DNA of 64,000 nucleotides from Lama glama. Taxonomy: Eukaryota. Of this stretch, positions 12,776-26,149 are shown in pieces. The notes beneath the pieces are model-generated. The model saw nothing but the letters and a program-made list of their open reading frames with translations. It had not been told where the DNA came from and did no database searches. Location: contig CM052817.1 of NCBI GenBank assembly GCA_028534125.1, positions 64,854,001 to 64,918,000 on the forward strand, given 5' to 3'. Position 1 is the stretch's first letter; each line of letters opens with the position of its first letter. Made by a program: the position numbers and the translations under genes.

Positions 12776-13554
12776 ATAATTAGCTATTTTTAAAATGGAC
12801 ACACCAATACTCCTTTCCTCCCTTTTTATAACCTGTAGCAATTTTTCCTTAACTGCAACAAGTCAGAAACAAACTATCACCCTAACCTCTCCTTATCTGT
12901 GAAATATACAATGTGGGTATGCAAATGACAGAGAATGCTCTTTCGTTTTTTTTTTATAAACACTTAAACATCAAATGTATAGCGCCTCTTCTAATGAATG
13001 GAGTATTTCTTCTCACATCCAGGAGAATAGTTGAGAGGCAGTCCATTTTGAGTTCTCACAGTGATGAATATTTAGGGAGAACACCTGATAGGAACTGAAA
13101 GTAATCAGATCCCAAAGCTGGAAAAAGTAAATGTATTATCTCCCCTTTTCTGTGTTGTTGGCTGGTGATCTGAAGTAAGCTCATCCATCCTAAATTTCCC
13201 CAAGAAACTGAAAAAGCATTTGCATTGTTTTTTCCCCTTTTATTCAGATGAGGGACTAGGAGCATGAGAAACAAATAGCTTATTCATGAAAGCCTGAATT
13301 TTGTGAAGCTGTCAGCTTCCCCAGGCTGATGACGTAGCATTCCTCTTGGTTCTTCCAAATATGGGACCAGTTCTGCCACCAGCTTTCTGTGTAACTCTGG
13401 ATAACTTGCTTATGTTAGCTGAGTTTCAGCTGCAAACACTAGAAATAAACTCCTAGATTACTTTAACTCTTATGCACATACACACACACGCTCACACACT
13501 GATTCTCTTGCCACAGTATCCTGTTTAAAAGCTCCATGCTGCTACAATCACCTC

Positions 13555-13880
13555 GTACTGGGTTGAATGGTGGCCCCATTCAATGAAAGATGTGTCTGTA
13601 TCCTAATCCCTTGGAACCTATGAATGTGACCTTATTTGGGAAAAGGGTCTTTACAGGTGTAATTAAGCTAAGGATCTCATGATAAAATCATCCTGGATTA
13701 TTCAGGTAGGTCCTAAATCCAATGACAACTCATAAGTGACTCACAGAGGAGATACACAGAGAGATGGAGAAGGTCCTGTGAAAACAGAGGCAGAGATTGG
13801 AGTCAAGCAGTTGCAGTTAAGGAATGCCTGGAGCCACCAAAAATTGAAAGCAGCAAAGAAAGATCCTTCTCTAGAACCTT
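13555..13880 (+). mobile_element. MLT1 LTR (3' truncated)
   Basis: gggttgaatggtggcccc..gaatgtgaccttatttgggaaaagggtc..gaggcagagattggagt..ggaatgcctggagccacca. Confidence 0.8.
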
Positions 13881-14264
13881 CTTTATCCTTACGTTGACTG
13901 GGAGGCCAATCCCAAGTATCAGGGTAAGAGCCACCCTCTGTCTGGCCTCACAGACGGGAGGTTGGACCTGGACTGAGGTTACTGGAAATACGGTCCACAC
14001 GATGCCCTCTGGGGACTGTGTGTGTCTGTGTGTGTGTGTGTTTGTAGGGGTGGGGAGATGTGGGCCAGGCCCTGGGGTAGATCATGACTGTGAGGTGAAG
14101 ATTATACTGGCCATTAAGGTGCCATGAGATGCAAAATTCAGTTTTATGTTTCCTTCAGTTCAACTCCCTCCTGTTCTTTCTCACCCTCGGTCACATTTTA
14201 TTGACGATCACCACCCAGTTCCATGCACTGGGGAATCAGTGCGGACATGGTAGCTCCTCAGATA

Positions 14265-14480
14265 AGAGCAGAGCCTTTTGAGCCAGAACCCTGGGCTGTG
14301 AATCCTGACTCAGCTATTTTCCAGCTGTGTGGCCAAGTTCTGAAAGTCTTTGGTGCCTCAGTTTCCTCGTCTGTAAAGCAGTGTTAGTAATAGCATCCTT
14401 GTAGGGCTTTGTGAAGGAGAAATATAAAGTGCTTAGGATAGTAATTGGGGCATAGAAAGTGTGATAAAGTTTGCTTTTTA
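14265..14480 (+). mobile_element. MIR SINE
   Basis: gaatcctgactcagc..gctgtgtg..gtgcctcagtttcctcgtctgtaaa core. Confidence 0.75.
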
Positions 14481-16302
14481 ATTAGTACTGGGAGTGTCTG
14501 TTACACTTGGGGCCAGAGCCCTGGGAGATTGGGTGCAGCCTGGAGAAGCTGGTCAGGAAATGGCAGGAAGTGACCCGCAGAGGAGCCCAGGCTAGCAGCC
14601 TGTGGTGAGGGGAGGGGCTTGCCAAAGGGACAAGGGAAAACAGGTATCTTCTGTGAAATACTTTTAGAATTACTTAGTGACCCCTCAGATGAAAGGGAAA
14701 CTGGAAAAAAACATCTAGACTTGTTGACAACCTAATGGAATGGAAATTTCAACTATTGTTAGTTCAATTGGTGACCCTGAAGTTCAGGGAATTTTTGGAT
14801 ATCTGTTTCATAAATATTTATTTAAAAAAATGTACAGGGCTCCACTGTTCTCACTGTTCTATAAGCTGTTCTTTTCACATAACAGTAGCGAGCGTCTGCC
14901 ATGCTATTGCGTGCTGTTCTGTAGCTTTACCGACAAGCATCTAATCGGCGCCCTGTTTTATTTCATTTGTGTGTTTACTATAAAAACCAACACTGTTATG
15001 AATATCTGTAGGCTAAATACTGGGCATTATTTTGGATTTTTACAGCCATTCTGTGATTGATTTGCTTGGATATGATCTTCGTCTGTATTGGACACCACTT
15101 CCTCCTCCTTAATTTCCTGGACACCTGGGTAATGCCTGGAATTAGGCTTGACCGATGGTGATGAGCCCAGGCCTGGCTGCCACTTCAGCTTCTGTGCTGT
15201 ACACGCCACCTCCCTGCCCCACCTGGCAGCCTCATCTTCACTCTGGGCAGGTGGAGGATGTGCAGGAATGTGGCAAGTCCGCGTCTCTTCCCAAGAGCAA
15301 ACGTGGACCCTGTGTGAGTTTGTTGTTGAGAAGGAGGCCAAGTTTAAAAAGATTTAGGAACATACACCTCTGTAGGTTAATGAAAAATGACATGTTTAAT
15401 TTGTAGTTTAGTGAGCTGTCTCAAAAGATAGAGACAAGCCTTTAACTGAACAAATATTTTGCGTGTTTTAGGAGCTTGGTAACCTGTGATACGTTGCAGT
15501 ACACGGAAGGTCGCAGAGAACTATGCACATCGGAAGTGTTATTTATTTTATTGGACGACGCAGGGATTCAAAAGTATACAGGGTTTCAGTAGGGAATTAG
15601 ACCTGTTGTTGGGGATGGGTGGGTATAAGGCCGGGTTTGCTGAATTTGTTGTTTTTAATGGAAGTTATGAGATGAAGAAATGATTTATTTCGCAGGTAAT
15701 TGTGTTGGGGGAGAGATGGAAAGTTTGGAATCCAGAACAAAATCATTGGTGAGATCCTTAAACTGTTTTTTTTTTATTTGATTATTATTTTTAAATTTTG
15801 TTTTTTTTTTTAGAGTCCACATATAACTGATAACATACATTTGTCTTTCTCTTTCTGATGTCAGTAAGTATAATACTTCCAGGTCTATCCATGCTGTTGC
15901 AGATTTTTTAAAAAATTTATTACTGTAATTTTTTTTGCAGATTCTTTTTTAAGCCGTTTGAGACGGCTGGGCGCAGGAGGCAGGGGAAGGGGCACTGGAG
16001 TTGCAGGGCTCAGTTCTCCCCCAGCCCCTGCTGGCACCGACAGCATGTGCGCTCAGGTGCTTCCGTAGTAAAAGTACTCTTCCATCTTTTTTCATAAAAA
16101 ATTAGCATATTCATTACGCTCCAGACATTGTGCATTATCACATTAAATCTGAAGGATATCTGAGGCTAATAGTTTTATTATGTACAGTTAACAGATAACG
16201 AGACTGAAGCCTCAGCAGTAAAGTAAATTGACTCCCAATCACACAGGTAGTTTTGGAACTGGAATACAAATCCCTCTGCCTGGCTGCAAAGCCCACGCTC
16301 TT

Positions 16303-16870
16303 TTATTTCTTAATGGAAGAATTGTTGATTTACAATATTGGGTTAGTTTCTGGTGTACAGTATAGTGATTCAGTTATACATCTATATATATATTCTTTCT
16401 CATTATAGGTTATTACAAGGCATTGAATATAGTTCCCTGTGCTCTACAGCAGGACCTTGTTTACCTGTTCTGTATATATATTACTGTATATAGTAATTTG
16501 TATTTGCAAACCTCGAACTCCCAATTTATCCCCCCTCTCCCCCACATCCCCCTTTGGTAACCATAAGTTTGTTTTCTATGTCTCTGAGTCTCTTTCTATT
16601 TTGTAAATAATTTTATTTGTGCAATTTTTGAAAGATTCCACAAATAAGTCATATCACATGGTACTTGTCTTTCTCTGACTTACTTCACTTAGTATGATAA
16701 TCTCTAGGTCCATCTATGTTGCTGCAAATGGCATTATTTCATTCTTTTTTATGGCTGAGTAGTACTCCTTTGTATATAAATACCACAGCTTCTTTATCCA
16801 GTCACCTGTTGATGGACATTTAGGTTGCTTCCATGTCTTGACTATCGTAAGTAGTGCTGCTATGAACATT
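16303..16870 (-). mobile_element. 5'-truncated L1 inserted in a MIR, with TSD
   Basis: L1 3' UTR in reverse. TSD aaagcccacgctctt (16288-16302) / aaagcccatactctt (16871-16885). MIR core lies to the left (about 16130-16300). Confidence 0.88.
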
Positions 16871-17959
16871 AAAGCCCATACTCTTACTCACTGTGTTTTA
16901 CCATCCCTCTGCTGCATAAATAAGCACCTAAGAAATCTTCTTTCATGGGAAACCACTTGCTTCTAAACTAAGAATGTGCTGTCCCCGTGTGCCATCTTAC
17001 AAGGAATAAGTGACTTGGTGCAGAGGAGGTATCACAGACACCCAATGAATGTTTGTTGAATTAATGAATCATTATTTTATAATGGTATATCTTGCAGTGT
17101 GGCATGCCTGAAAACTTTAGCTGCATATTAATGATTTTACATCTTCAGATTTTAGAATTCTTTCTTAATAACTTAAAGAACTTTACTCTTAAGACAAGGG
17201 TCCGATTAGAAGCTATGTAGATAACAAATATAAACAACCAAAATGAATATGCTTACTCTGTGAGATGCACTTCTTTTTTCCATCTTTCCTCCCTTCACAA
17301 ATTTTCATTTTTATCATTTTCTGAATGCCATAAAAAAATGTGTAACGTCATTACAATTACAGAGAGTAACAGCATGATGTAAGACGACAAATCACTTTTT
17401 TTTTTTAGTGAACTCTATTAAAATATATCACTTTTCAGAGGTAACTACCAGTTAGAGAGGGCATACTGAAAAAAAAAAAAATCTAGGGATGACCGAATGT
17501 GGAGAAGCCACATTGGGATCTGAGGCTGCCCGCTTCTGGGAAGAACTGCCGGATGTGGTAAGTATGGCCTTAAGAGACGTGGCCAACGGAGGGCTTGGGT
17601 TGAGTAGAAAGTTTGTAGTCGGGATGGGGCTAATGATCTAGGGGGGAAAGTTCAGATTCAGTTTACACGGAGGAGTAGGGGAAAAATTTAGTTGTGATGG
17701 CAAACAGTGCCTCAACGATTCAAACATCCTCGATGAATCAAACATTCCAGATCTTTTTCTTGAAAGACTTCATGCTCCTCGTCATCAAAGTTTTGAAAGC
17801 AGGAATACAGTTTTTACCACTGAAATGTAAAAAAGGAGACAGCAGTGCATTAGGCTTCTGGAACAATATTTAGGTAGTATTGTATTTCAATATGGACAAA
17901 GTAAGGCTGTATTATTTTCCAGGCCTCTTTGTAGATGCTTTTAAAATAGACCAGCTAAT

Positions 17960-18130
17960 CTCAAAAACATCCCAGTGTACTAAATAGTATTATTCTCATT
18001 TTACAGATGAGGAAACTGAGGTTCAGGGAGGTCAGGAAAGCAGCCTATACCACAGTAGGTGATGCAGTTGGAATTTGAACCTGAGATTTGAATCCAAGGT
18101 TCCCTGAATCCAAGACCTTTTTCTTTTTCT
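17960..18130 (-). mobile_element. MIR SINE
   Basis: tattattctcattttacagatgaggaaactgaggttcagggagg core. Confidence 0.8.
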
Positions 18131-19696
18131 CTATGCAGTCCTATCAAGTACTCCCTAGATTAAAATAACTTTTAGATGCTTATAAAATTATAAAACCCAA
18201 CATTTACTATTCTTGGTGATTTTTCCTTTTCATTTTTTCACAGCATTTATAAAAGGTTGTGTTTATATTTCTATGGGCCATATATATACATAGACATACA
18301 CTTATAGCCTCACTCCCCGGCACATACAACTGACCACTCTTTGTGTACCCGAGCAGAACCAAAGGGAAATTCTGGCTTCCCCTGACCACGTTACTCCTGT
18401 GAGTCGCCTCAGTTCAGAGATGAGGTGGCCTGCGGCTGCGGGACATGAGTACTGCATAACCCTTCAGTTTTCGCAGTTAGGTATGTATCCTGCATGTGCC
18501 TGTCTGTCTTCACTGCACACGGACCTGCCCATGTCAGTGCAGCCAACATCACAGAAAGCAGAATTCCAAGGTAGAAAGAGATCTGTCATATCTTATTTTT
18601 ACACTACCTTTTTTTGGCCGATAAGACTGCTACAGTAATTGCAAAAACAATAGTTCCTACCTTCTAAGAACTAAAATGGGGACTGACTCCCATTTCTGAG
18701 GCTTCCCTTCGCCAAGCACTTGTCACTCAGAGTTTTGAAGGCTTTCCTGTGCATCACATCAGCTATGGGAATTTTCAAAATGGGTGTCGTTAAGTTTTAA
18801 TGCAGATTAAAAATTTTTGGAGCTATGGTTCAGGAAAATTTGCCTGGAAATGAACACTTCTCTGCATTCTAGATTTAAGTACCCCCCTTTTTTTTTTCCT
18901 AGGTGATAGGAGAAACACAAAGGGAACATCTCAAGGCACTAAGGAAGTGAGTGGTTAGAAGAGTATTGCTTATATAGTTTCATGGTGCATGTGGAAATAC
19001 AGACACATCCACCTGAAGACTTACTAGGCCGGGATCCCCTCGTTCGCACATTGTGTATTAGGAATACATAAATCTAGAGGAAATAGCAGAATACTTTATT
19101 CAGAATTCAAAGTGGAAACAAAACAAAAACTATTGTGATACTTTAATAGACTCCCTATAGGTTAGAAATGTAGGCATAGAGGCACCTAAGGGAACAACAC
19201 TGATGTATATTGTTACGTCAGTTGTAGTTCAAATTGAAGCCCCTTCCTCTTCTTTTTTTTTAAATGGAGAGTATTATATTAATACACACCTCTCTCCTGA
19301 ATGATGTAATTCTTTCTTGACTTTGTTCTGTGTGCAACACATGAGGTATGAATCTTTTTGGCCATAAAATCAGACAGAAGTTTAAGGTTACCATCTTTGC
19401 CCCTGAAAGCTAAAATAAACAAAAACAAAGTAAAACGTGTGCCAAAAGATGGGAGTTTGTGTTGGGTCACATTTTTACATTACCAGGAAGACTAGTTCCT
19501 AATGAAGTGATTAAGAAGATGTTTTTAATTTTATAAATATTTACTTATATTAAAAAAAAAATTCAAATTACATTTCTACCTTTGTTTTCAAGGTTCCCAG
19601 ACAAATGGCTTTCAGATGATGCTAGGCATTAAAATCTCCAGGGGCTGGAGAATCCTGCTTAAAATGCAGACTTCCAGGCTCTGTTCCCAGAATTTT

Positions 19697-19792
19697 TTTT
19701 TTTTAATGGGCATACTGGGGATTAAACTCAGAACTTCATGCATGCTGAGCACACACTCTACCACTGAGCTATGCCCACATCTGCCCAAACCC
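19697..19792 (-). mobile_element. tRNA-derived SINE (Vic-1-like) inserted in a MER5-like DNA element
   Basis: Reverse strand has tagctcagtggtagagtgtgtgctcagcatgcatg and a poly(A) tail. TSD cccagaattt at 19686 and 19793. The host has aaaatgcaga..ccag..tcagactcagtaagtttgagggg. Confidence 0.85.
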
Positions 19793-19854
19793 CCCAGAAT
19801 TTCAGACTCAGTAAGTTTGAGGGGTGGAGCGCTCAGGAAACGACCTTTTAAGAA

Positions 19855-20335
19855 ACTTCTAATTGAGGCATCATATTCAAACAGGAGAGTGCCCACATCA
19901 GTGGTGTGTAGCTCAGTGATTTTCACAAACTGAACCCACACGTGGAACTAGCACCCAGTTCAGGACACAGAATCTTCCCTGTCCTCAGAGCCTTCCTCCC
20001 TCTGTCCCTCCCCTCACTCTCCCTGCGCAGCCATGAGCATTGTGCTCCCCCTGACGCTGTAGACTGGTTTTGTCTGTTGCTGTATTTCATGAGAATGGGG
20101 GACTGTACAATTTATCCTCATTGCGATTCAGACTTCCCTCACTCACGTTATGTGCGGGAGCTTCATCCCCATCGTTCTGTGCAGTCACAGGTGAGTCCTT
20201 CTCACTGCTCTGTGGCATTCCGCTGTGTGACTCTACTCCAACTAATGCATTCGTTCTGCTTCTGCTGGGAATTTGGGTAGTTTCCAGTTCTGGCTATTAC
20301 ACTCGTCCTGCTGTAAACACTGCTGCTGGAGCAAC
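19855..20335 (-). mobile_element. Old L1 3' fragment
   Basis: Degenerate L1M 3' UTR motifs: gtgatttttcacaaactgaac, ttgggtagtttccagtt..ggctattac. Confidence 0.6.
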
Positions 20336-20839
20336 CAGTGAAAGCTCAGCCCTATAATCAAGGTTCATAAAAGAGAGTCTGGGGACTTACAAGAATTTTG
20401 TCTCAAAGCTAAAAAGGAAGAGGAGTAACGTGAGGCTTATTTTTTTAAAAATAAGAGCTAAGGGCAAATAACAAAGCTTTTAGTGTTTTAATGCTATGTC
20501 TTCAACAAAAATAGAGGAAAAAAGCAGTTAAAAAGAGCAGAATTACTCAACCCTTATTTTTCTTACATCCTTTCAGTAAGGAAAACTCCAGTAAGTCAAC
20601 AATGGGTAGACTGCACATGGTTAAGACACAGCTGAATCCTAATTTTAGACCAAAAGATGGTAAGTTAGCAAGTGGCAAGTTTGAGTGGTAGCAAATACAT
20701 TCTGGGATCCTGAAAACTTATGCTGGTGATTCTTACTGCCTGAGTGGAGTCCAGACCCCTGGGCCTGGCAGAAGCTCAGGGTCCACTAGTCACTGGATTC
20801 AGAATTTGATAAATCTTGGCTTAACACCTTTGCTGTTGC

Positions 20840-21320
20840 CTCACAGCTTCCATGGGTGAGGGCTGTGGGTGTGGTTTAACTCGAGCTAGGTCCCTGGATC
20901 AGGGTCTCATAAGGCAGCAATCCAGGTGCCAGCTGGGGCCCGGCTCTCATCTGTGGCTTGGGGTCCTCTTTCAAGCTCTCAGGGTTGTTGGCAGCTTCAC
21001 GAATGCCTGCGTCTTTAAGGGCAGCAGAGGAGCTTGTCTGTTCTTAGGGAAGGCTTCAATCTCTTTTAAAGGGCTTGCCTGATTAGGCTAGGCCCACCCC
21101 AAACGATTTGATGAACAGTTTGATGAACTCAAAGTAATTCTAACCTGAGATTTTAATTATATCTGCAAAAATCTCTTCATCTGTGCCATAGCATGTAATC
21201 ACAGGAGTGACAACCACCATAATCACGGGTGCTCCCACAATCAAGGGAAGGAGAGAATACAGGGTGTGTACAAGGGGGAGGGAGACTAGGGGGCCAGTTA
21301 AGAATTCTTCCTACTACATT
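20840..21320 (-). mobile_element. MLT1-type LTR
   Basis: cacagcttccatgggtgagg, cttttaaagggcttgcctgattaggctaggcccaccc, terminal ttaagaattcttcctactaca. Confidence 0.65.
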
Positions 21321-21679
21321 TACATCAGTACTTTTGTCGCACTTTGGAGATCACGAAGTACTGTCTTCTGTGGTCGCTGGATATCTGTCGCAAATTCAGG
21401 ACTGAATCGTGTGCTCCTAAAATTGACAGAACAGAGCATGTGTAAGACAGATGAAATTAAGTTTTATTTTTTGCATTGTTTTAAATTAGCACTTTTGCCT
21501 TTCATAAATTATTTACATTACCTTCTTATATGCTCATCAGACACCGGTGGCATTTTTACAGTAAATGTGAAATGAGGATACAGATGGAACAGGCCTGATC
21601 TGTCCGCAGCTCTGACGCGGCCACGCTGCTTGCACGTGGAGAGAGCGGGCCTCACAGCGTGTCCTGCCTGTTCACACCT

Positions 21680-22068
21680 GAGTGCGCCTGCAGGGCTGCC
21701 ACAGCGTAACGCCACAGGCTGGGGGGCTTGAATGACAGACATTAATTTTTTCACAGCTCTGCAGGCTGGAAGTCTAAGATCAGTTGCTGGCAGGGCTGGT
21801 TTCTGGTACAGCCTCTCTTCCTGACTAGGAGCTGGACGCCTCTGTGTCCCCACACGACCTTCCTTCTGTGTGTGCATGGAGACAGAGAGCGCTCTGGTGT
21901 CTCTTCCTTTTCTTATAAGGACACCAGTCCTAGCAGTTTAGGCCCCACTCTTACGACCTCACCTAACCTTAACTACCTCCTCCGAGGTCTTATCTCCAAA
22001 TACAGTCGTGGGGGGGGGGTTAGTGCTTCAGCATACGAATTTTGGGAGACGCCATCCTGTCCATAACA
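21680..22068 (-). mobile_element. MLT1A-type LTR
   Basis: agggctgccacagc..cacaggctggggggcttgaatgacagac..tcttataaggacaccagtcc..tgtccataaca. Confidence 0.8.
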
Positions 22069-24199
22069 AGACTCAAAACGTCTAAGGACAGTGAACAACC
22101 TGTGCAGTTTCCTGCTTATGATTACCAGTGTTTTAAAAATTACTAATCACCACGCATAGATTCATGTGTTTATGCCAAGAAATCTCTCCATATCTTTTCT
22201 TGTTTGCTGAAAATAACAGAATGTCTTGGATTGGGAGTCTGTTTGTTACCAGGGCAACAAGGTACATGTGCTGCCCTGAGCAGTGCCACAGAGCCATCTC
22301 TATCCCTTGGTTCTGACAGAATTACTGCAAACTGCCCAGACCAACCAGTTGTATCATTTTCCCTAGTAATGAGACAAGAAAGGTCCCCACAAGTCCTCAT
22401 AAAAGGAAAAATAACAGAACCACAGTATATAGCAAGGGGCATAGCTCCCTCTGACAGACTCCTGGTCCCTCCAAGGAGAGGTACAACCCCCAGAGTGTAG
22501 ACACCTCTCCATAGGAGTCAGGTATGAATGTCAGGATCCGTGGTAGAGACGTCTGCTTATAACCTAATAAATGTTTTCTGAGCCCCTATTTTAGAAAGGG
22601 GTGGAAATGTGCTCTGTGAAGAAGCTACATTTTCTGTGCAGCTACAAGTGATCGGTGCATCCAGATTATTGCCTGGGACCCATGGAAAGACCTGGTAGAC
22701 ACAGGAAGCATGTGGCTAGCATGTGTCCTTGTTTGCTCTTACCCTCTTTCCTCTTGTTTTCTGCCTGGACTATTGATTTGATGCCAGTAGCCATTTGGGT
22801 GGCTGGAACTTCAGGAACCATCTTGGGTAAGAGTTAATCTCCAGAAGAGAAGCCACACATCAAGGAAGATGGACCTAAAATGTGGAACAAGCCTGAGTCC
22901 ATGACACTATGGAACTTCTACACCAACCCTGGACTGCTGAATCCTTTCATGTGAGGGAGAAATAATCTTTCTATTGGCTGTAGAAAGCCAACTCCTAACT
23001 GATACAAAGTATAGGATGAAAATCCCAAAATGCAAAAATTACATTAGAAAATCCTTTAAATCTCCTATAAAATTCATAAGTTTGAATGAGTTATAGACAT
23101 GGGGAGATGGTGAGCCTTTAATTCTTGAGGCCAGTCAAGAAAATAGATTAGATTCTAACCTTGAATTGTTTTAAATTAGTATTTGTTTTTCAGAAATTAG
23201 CACAGAGAGACTGTAATTCAGAAATTAAGTCATGTGTGGTCTGAAAAGAAAATTATTGGGAAGCACTAGCATATATAATCCTGATGGTTGACAGCAACAT
23301 ATATGTACACGCACATGTGTGTGTGTGCACATATGGAATTACTATGTATGAGAGTCCATTTTCACGTTTCACACAAAATTTTATTTCTTTAACTGTATTA
23401 CTTAATGTTTCTTTATGACTTTTAATTAAAATTTCAATTTTTTTCAAGGTTGTGGAACGAATCATCAGTGTGGACATCCTGATTTGATTACATCTACATG
23501 GTGTGTGTAATCTTTGAACAAAATTTTGCAGAGGCTTATCAATATGATTGAAATTCCTCTTTTTATCTCTCTCTTCTTTTTCTTTTATATTTGATTCAGC
23601 TCTAGTTTACATTCCAAACTGAGAAAAGTCACGGCGGCCACGTGGTTTTGTCAAGCTGTGGGTAAGTGAAGCTCTGAGAAGAATGGCAGGTGGAGAGGTT
23701 CTGGAACACAGATTTCCCTAAGGAATGTTACCATGTTGCTAGGCTGTGTAGTGTATCTTAACAACCAGGGAGCCACACAGGCTCCTTGGAGCCAGAGTAG
23801 GAGAAACTGGAGGGAGACAAGTTACATTCTTTTGGAAGCATTAAACAGTAGACTGTCTGTGCCAATTAAAAATTCCCAGCTCCAGTGCAAAGATTTAAGG
23901 AGATCAATGACAGACCCCTTATAAGGCTTGTAGGGTATCAACAGCCTTGAGTTCCTGTCAACCAGATCACCTTTTAAAACTGTCCTCAGGTATAATTTTA
24001 AATTCATCATTAAAGTAATTTTCTAAAATTTTAAATATGATAGTTAATGGACCTCAGTCAAGTTCATGTAAAAGCCAATTAATTGGTTTTGAGGAAATGG
24101 GCATTATCTTCTAAAGTAAACCACCTATCTTTGAGGAGATCATACAAATAAAATGTGCTGAGTTTGTGGGATAAAGACATTTAATTTGTGGAAATATTT

Positions 24200-24590
24200 A
24201 CCTTCATTTAATAAATACTTATAGAGCATAAACTGTGACAGGTACTGGGAGTACACAGGTGGAAAACTGGACTAGATCACTGCCTGCTTGATTATTATGT
24301 CCTGTTGAAGAGAAGCAGAAAATAAATACAGAAATGTAAAAAAAAATGTCGAAGAGTGACACACATTATGTGTTATGAAGACAAGAAGACAGTTTAAGGG
24401 GGTTTGAGGGACAGTGAATGAGGCTGGGAGTGATGGTGGAAATTACCTTGGAGAAGGGTAAGGGAGTCTTTTGGAGAAAGTCTTGTTTGGACAGAGCAAT
24501 GAATGAAGTGAGGGAGGGAGCCACGGGCAGACCTGAGTGGTACGTACCCTAGGCTAGGGGCTCTGCAAATGCAGAGCGGTCCAGCAGTCC
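24200..24590. mobile_element. L2 remnant
   Basis: ttcatttaataaatacttatagagc..tgtgacaggtactggg and tgaatgaagtgagggag motifs. Confidence 0.5.
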
Positions 24591-26149
24591 TCACCTAAAT
24601 AATGGTCTTTACATCCCTAGGAATTCATAGTGACTGTCAGCGGCTCATTGATCACACACTGTGTTCTCCTTCTGTAGGCAGACATTTGGCACATGTGTTG
24701 TTTTGGACTAAGAATATTAATATTTAATACAGATTTCCATGGTATATTCTAAGTAACAGTGGCCAGGACTAGATCGATTAATAATGTTTTTAAAACCGCT
24801 GATTTTGAGGATTTTTTTGTCACGTGGTCTAAATAAAGTTCAACAATTTACTAATAAATCAATAGATGCAAGAGGATTTAGAAAAGGAAATACTGTTCTC
24901 AGAAGTACTTACACAATTCTCTGAAAGGTGAATGATAATTTTAATTGGCTTTTCCCACAGAGTTAACTCTACGCAGGTTTTTCTCTTTCTCCTCAGGGTG
25001 AAAGCACAGTGTTAGCATCACAATTAAAGTAGAATTATAAACAGAATGTGGCTACTTTCATTCAGCAAATCTTTTGGGTGTATCCTCTAAGTCAGGTCTC
25101 AGTCTAGGTTTTGCAACAAACAGGCAGTGAGGCAAGACCCAGGATATTTACTAATAATAACTACAATGTTCATATTTGCCAACTGTTTAGTTTTTTAAAA
25201 AGAATTAATACAAAGATTGTGAGTTCTCTAACACTATCACTGGCATTTTGTTGTAATGCCATGTGCTTACCTGATCGGAAAGACTGGAGTTAGAACCCGT
25301 TTATACAGCTGTTACCGACACACTGTAGTTAACGGTGATTGAAACTTTTTTTTGGTACTTTGCTTCCCCACAATTTTGGGATTCAGTCTTTAAGATCTGA
25401 ACATGTGCTGGGAATGCGTCTTCCACATGAACATCGTCTGTTATGTGCATCATGATGGGGAAAACAGGCTGTGAACTGCTGCTCCCTATTCTTTAGCAAA
25501 TACCTATTAAGCTAAAATACTGGAAATAAGTGTGTATTCTGTGTTTTCCTTATGCTGTTTTAGATTTTTGTTTGTTTTTAAAATAGGCCTACTGTTTATC
25601 ACAAGACCATATTCAGTCCTTAGTAAATAATCCATTGGCAAATTTGTAGAAGTAACTATAACTGATTTAGTCTACAAAATCCATCATATATATTTGACAA
25701 GTTTTGCATTGATGGATTTCCCCAATACTGGTTTAGGAAAATTTTTAGTCACTTCATTACAAAATCAATGAGATTTCTCGTTCTTTAACAAAGATAGTAT
25801 TTATTCATCAATAAGTAAGTTACATATTTCCTGGGTCTCCACTTCTATTAATTCCTTATTTTAATAATATGTTCTTCTCATATTTCTCCTGTCTTTTGTA
25901 GAAAAAAATCCACCTTTTTGCATGAGAATGAATGATTCTTTTCATTTCTTCTGAGTTTATGTCTTAAAAAGTTACAGTCCAAAATCAATGCTTGTTATAA
26001 AGAGAAATCTTAATAGAGAAATATTATTCCGAATCAATGCATAAACTTTGGAAAGCTATCCATTAATATCATCAGGCAATGAATTATTAGTCAATCAAAG
26101 CGTGTCAAAGTCAAAATAGGCAAGAGGGAGAATTTTTCAAATGAGTAGA

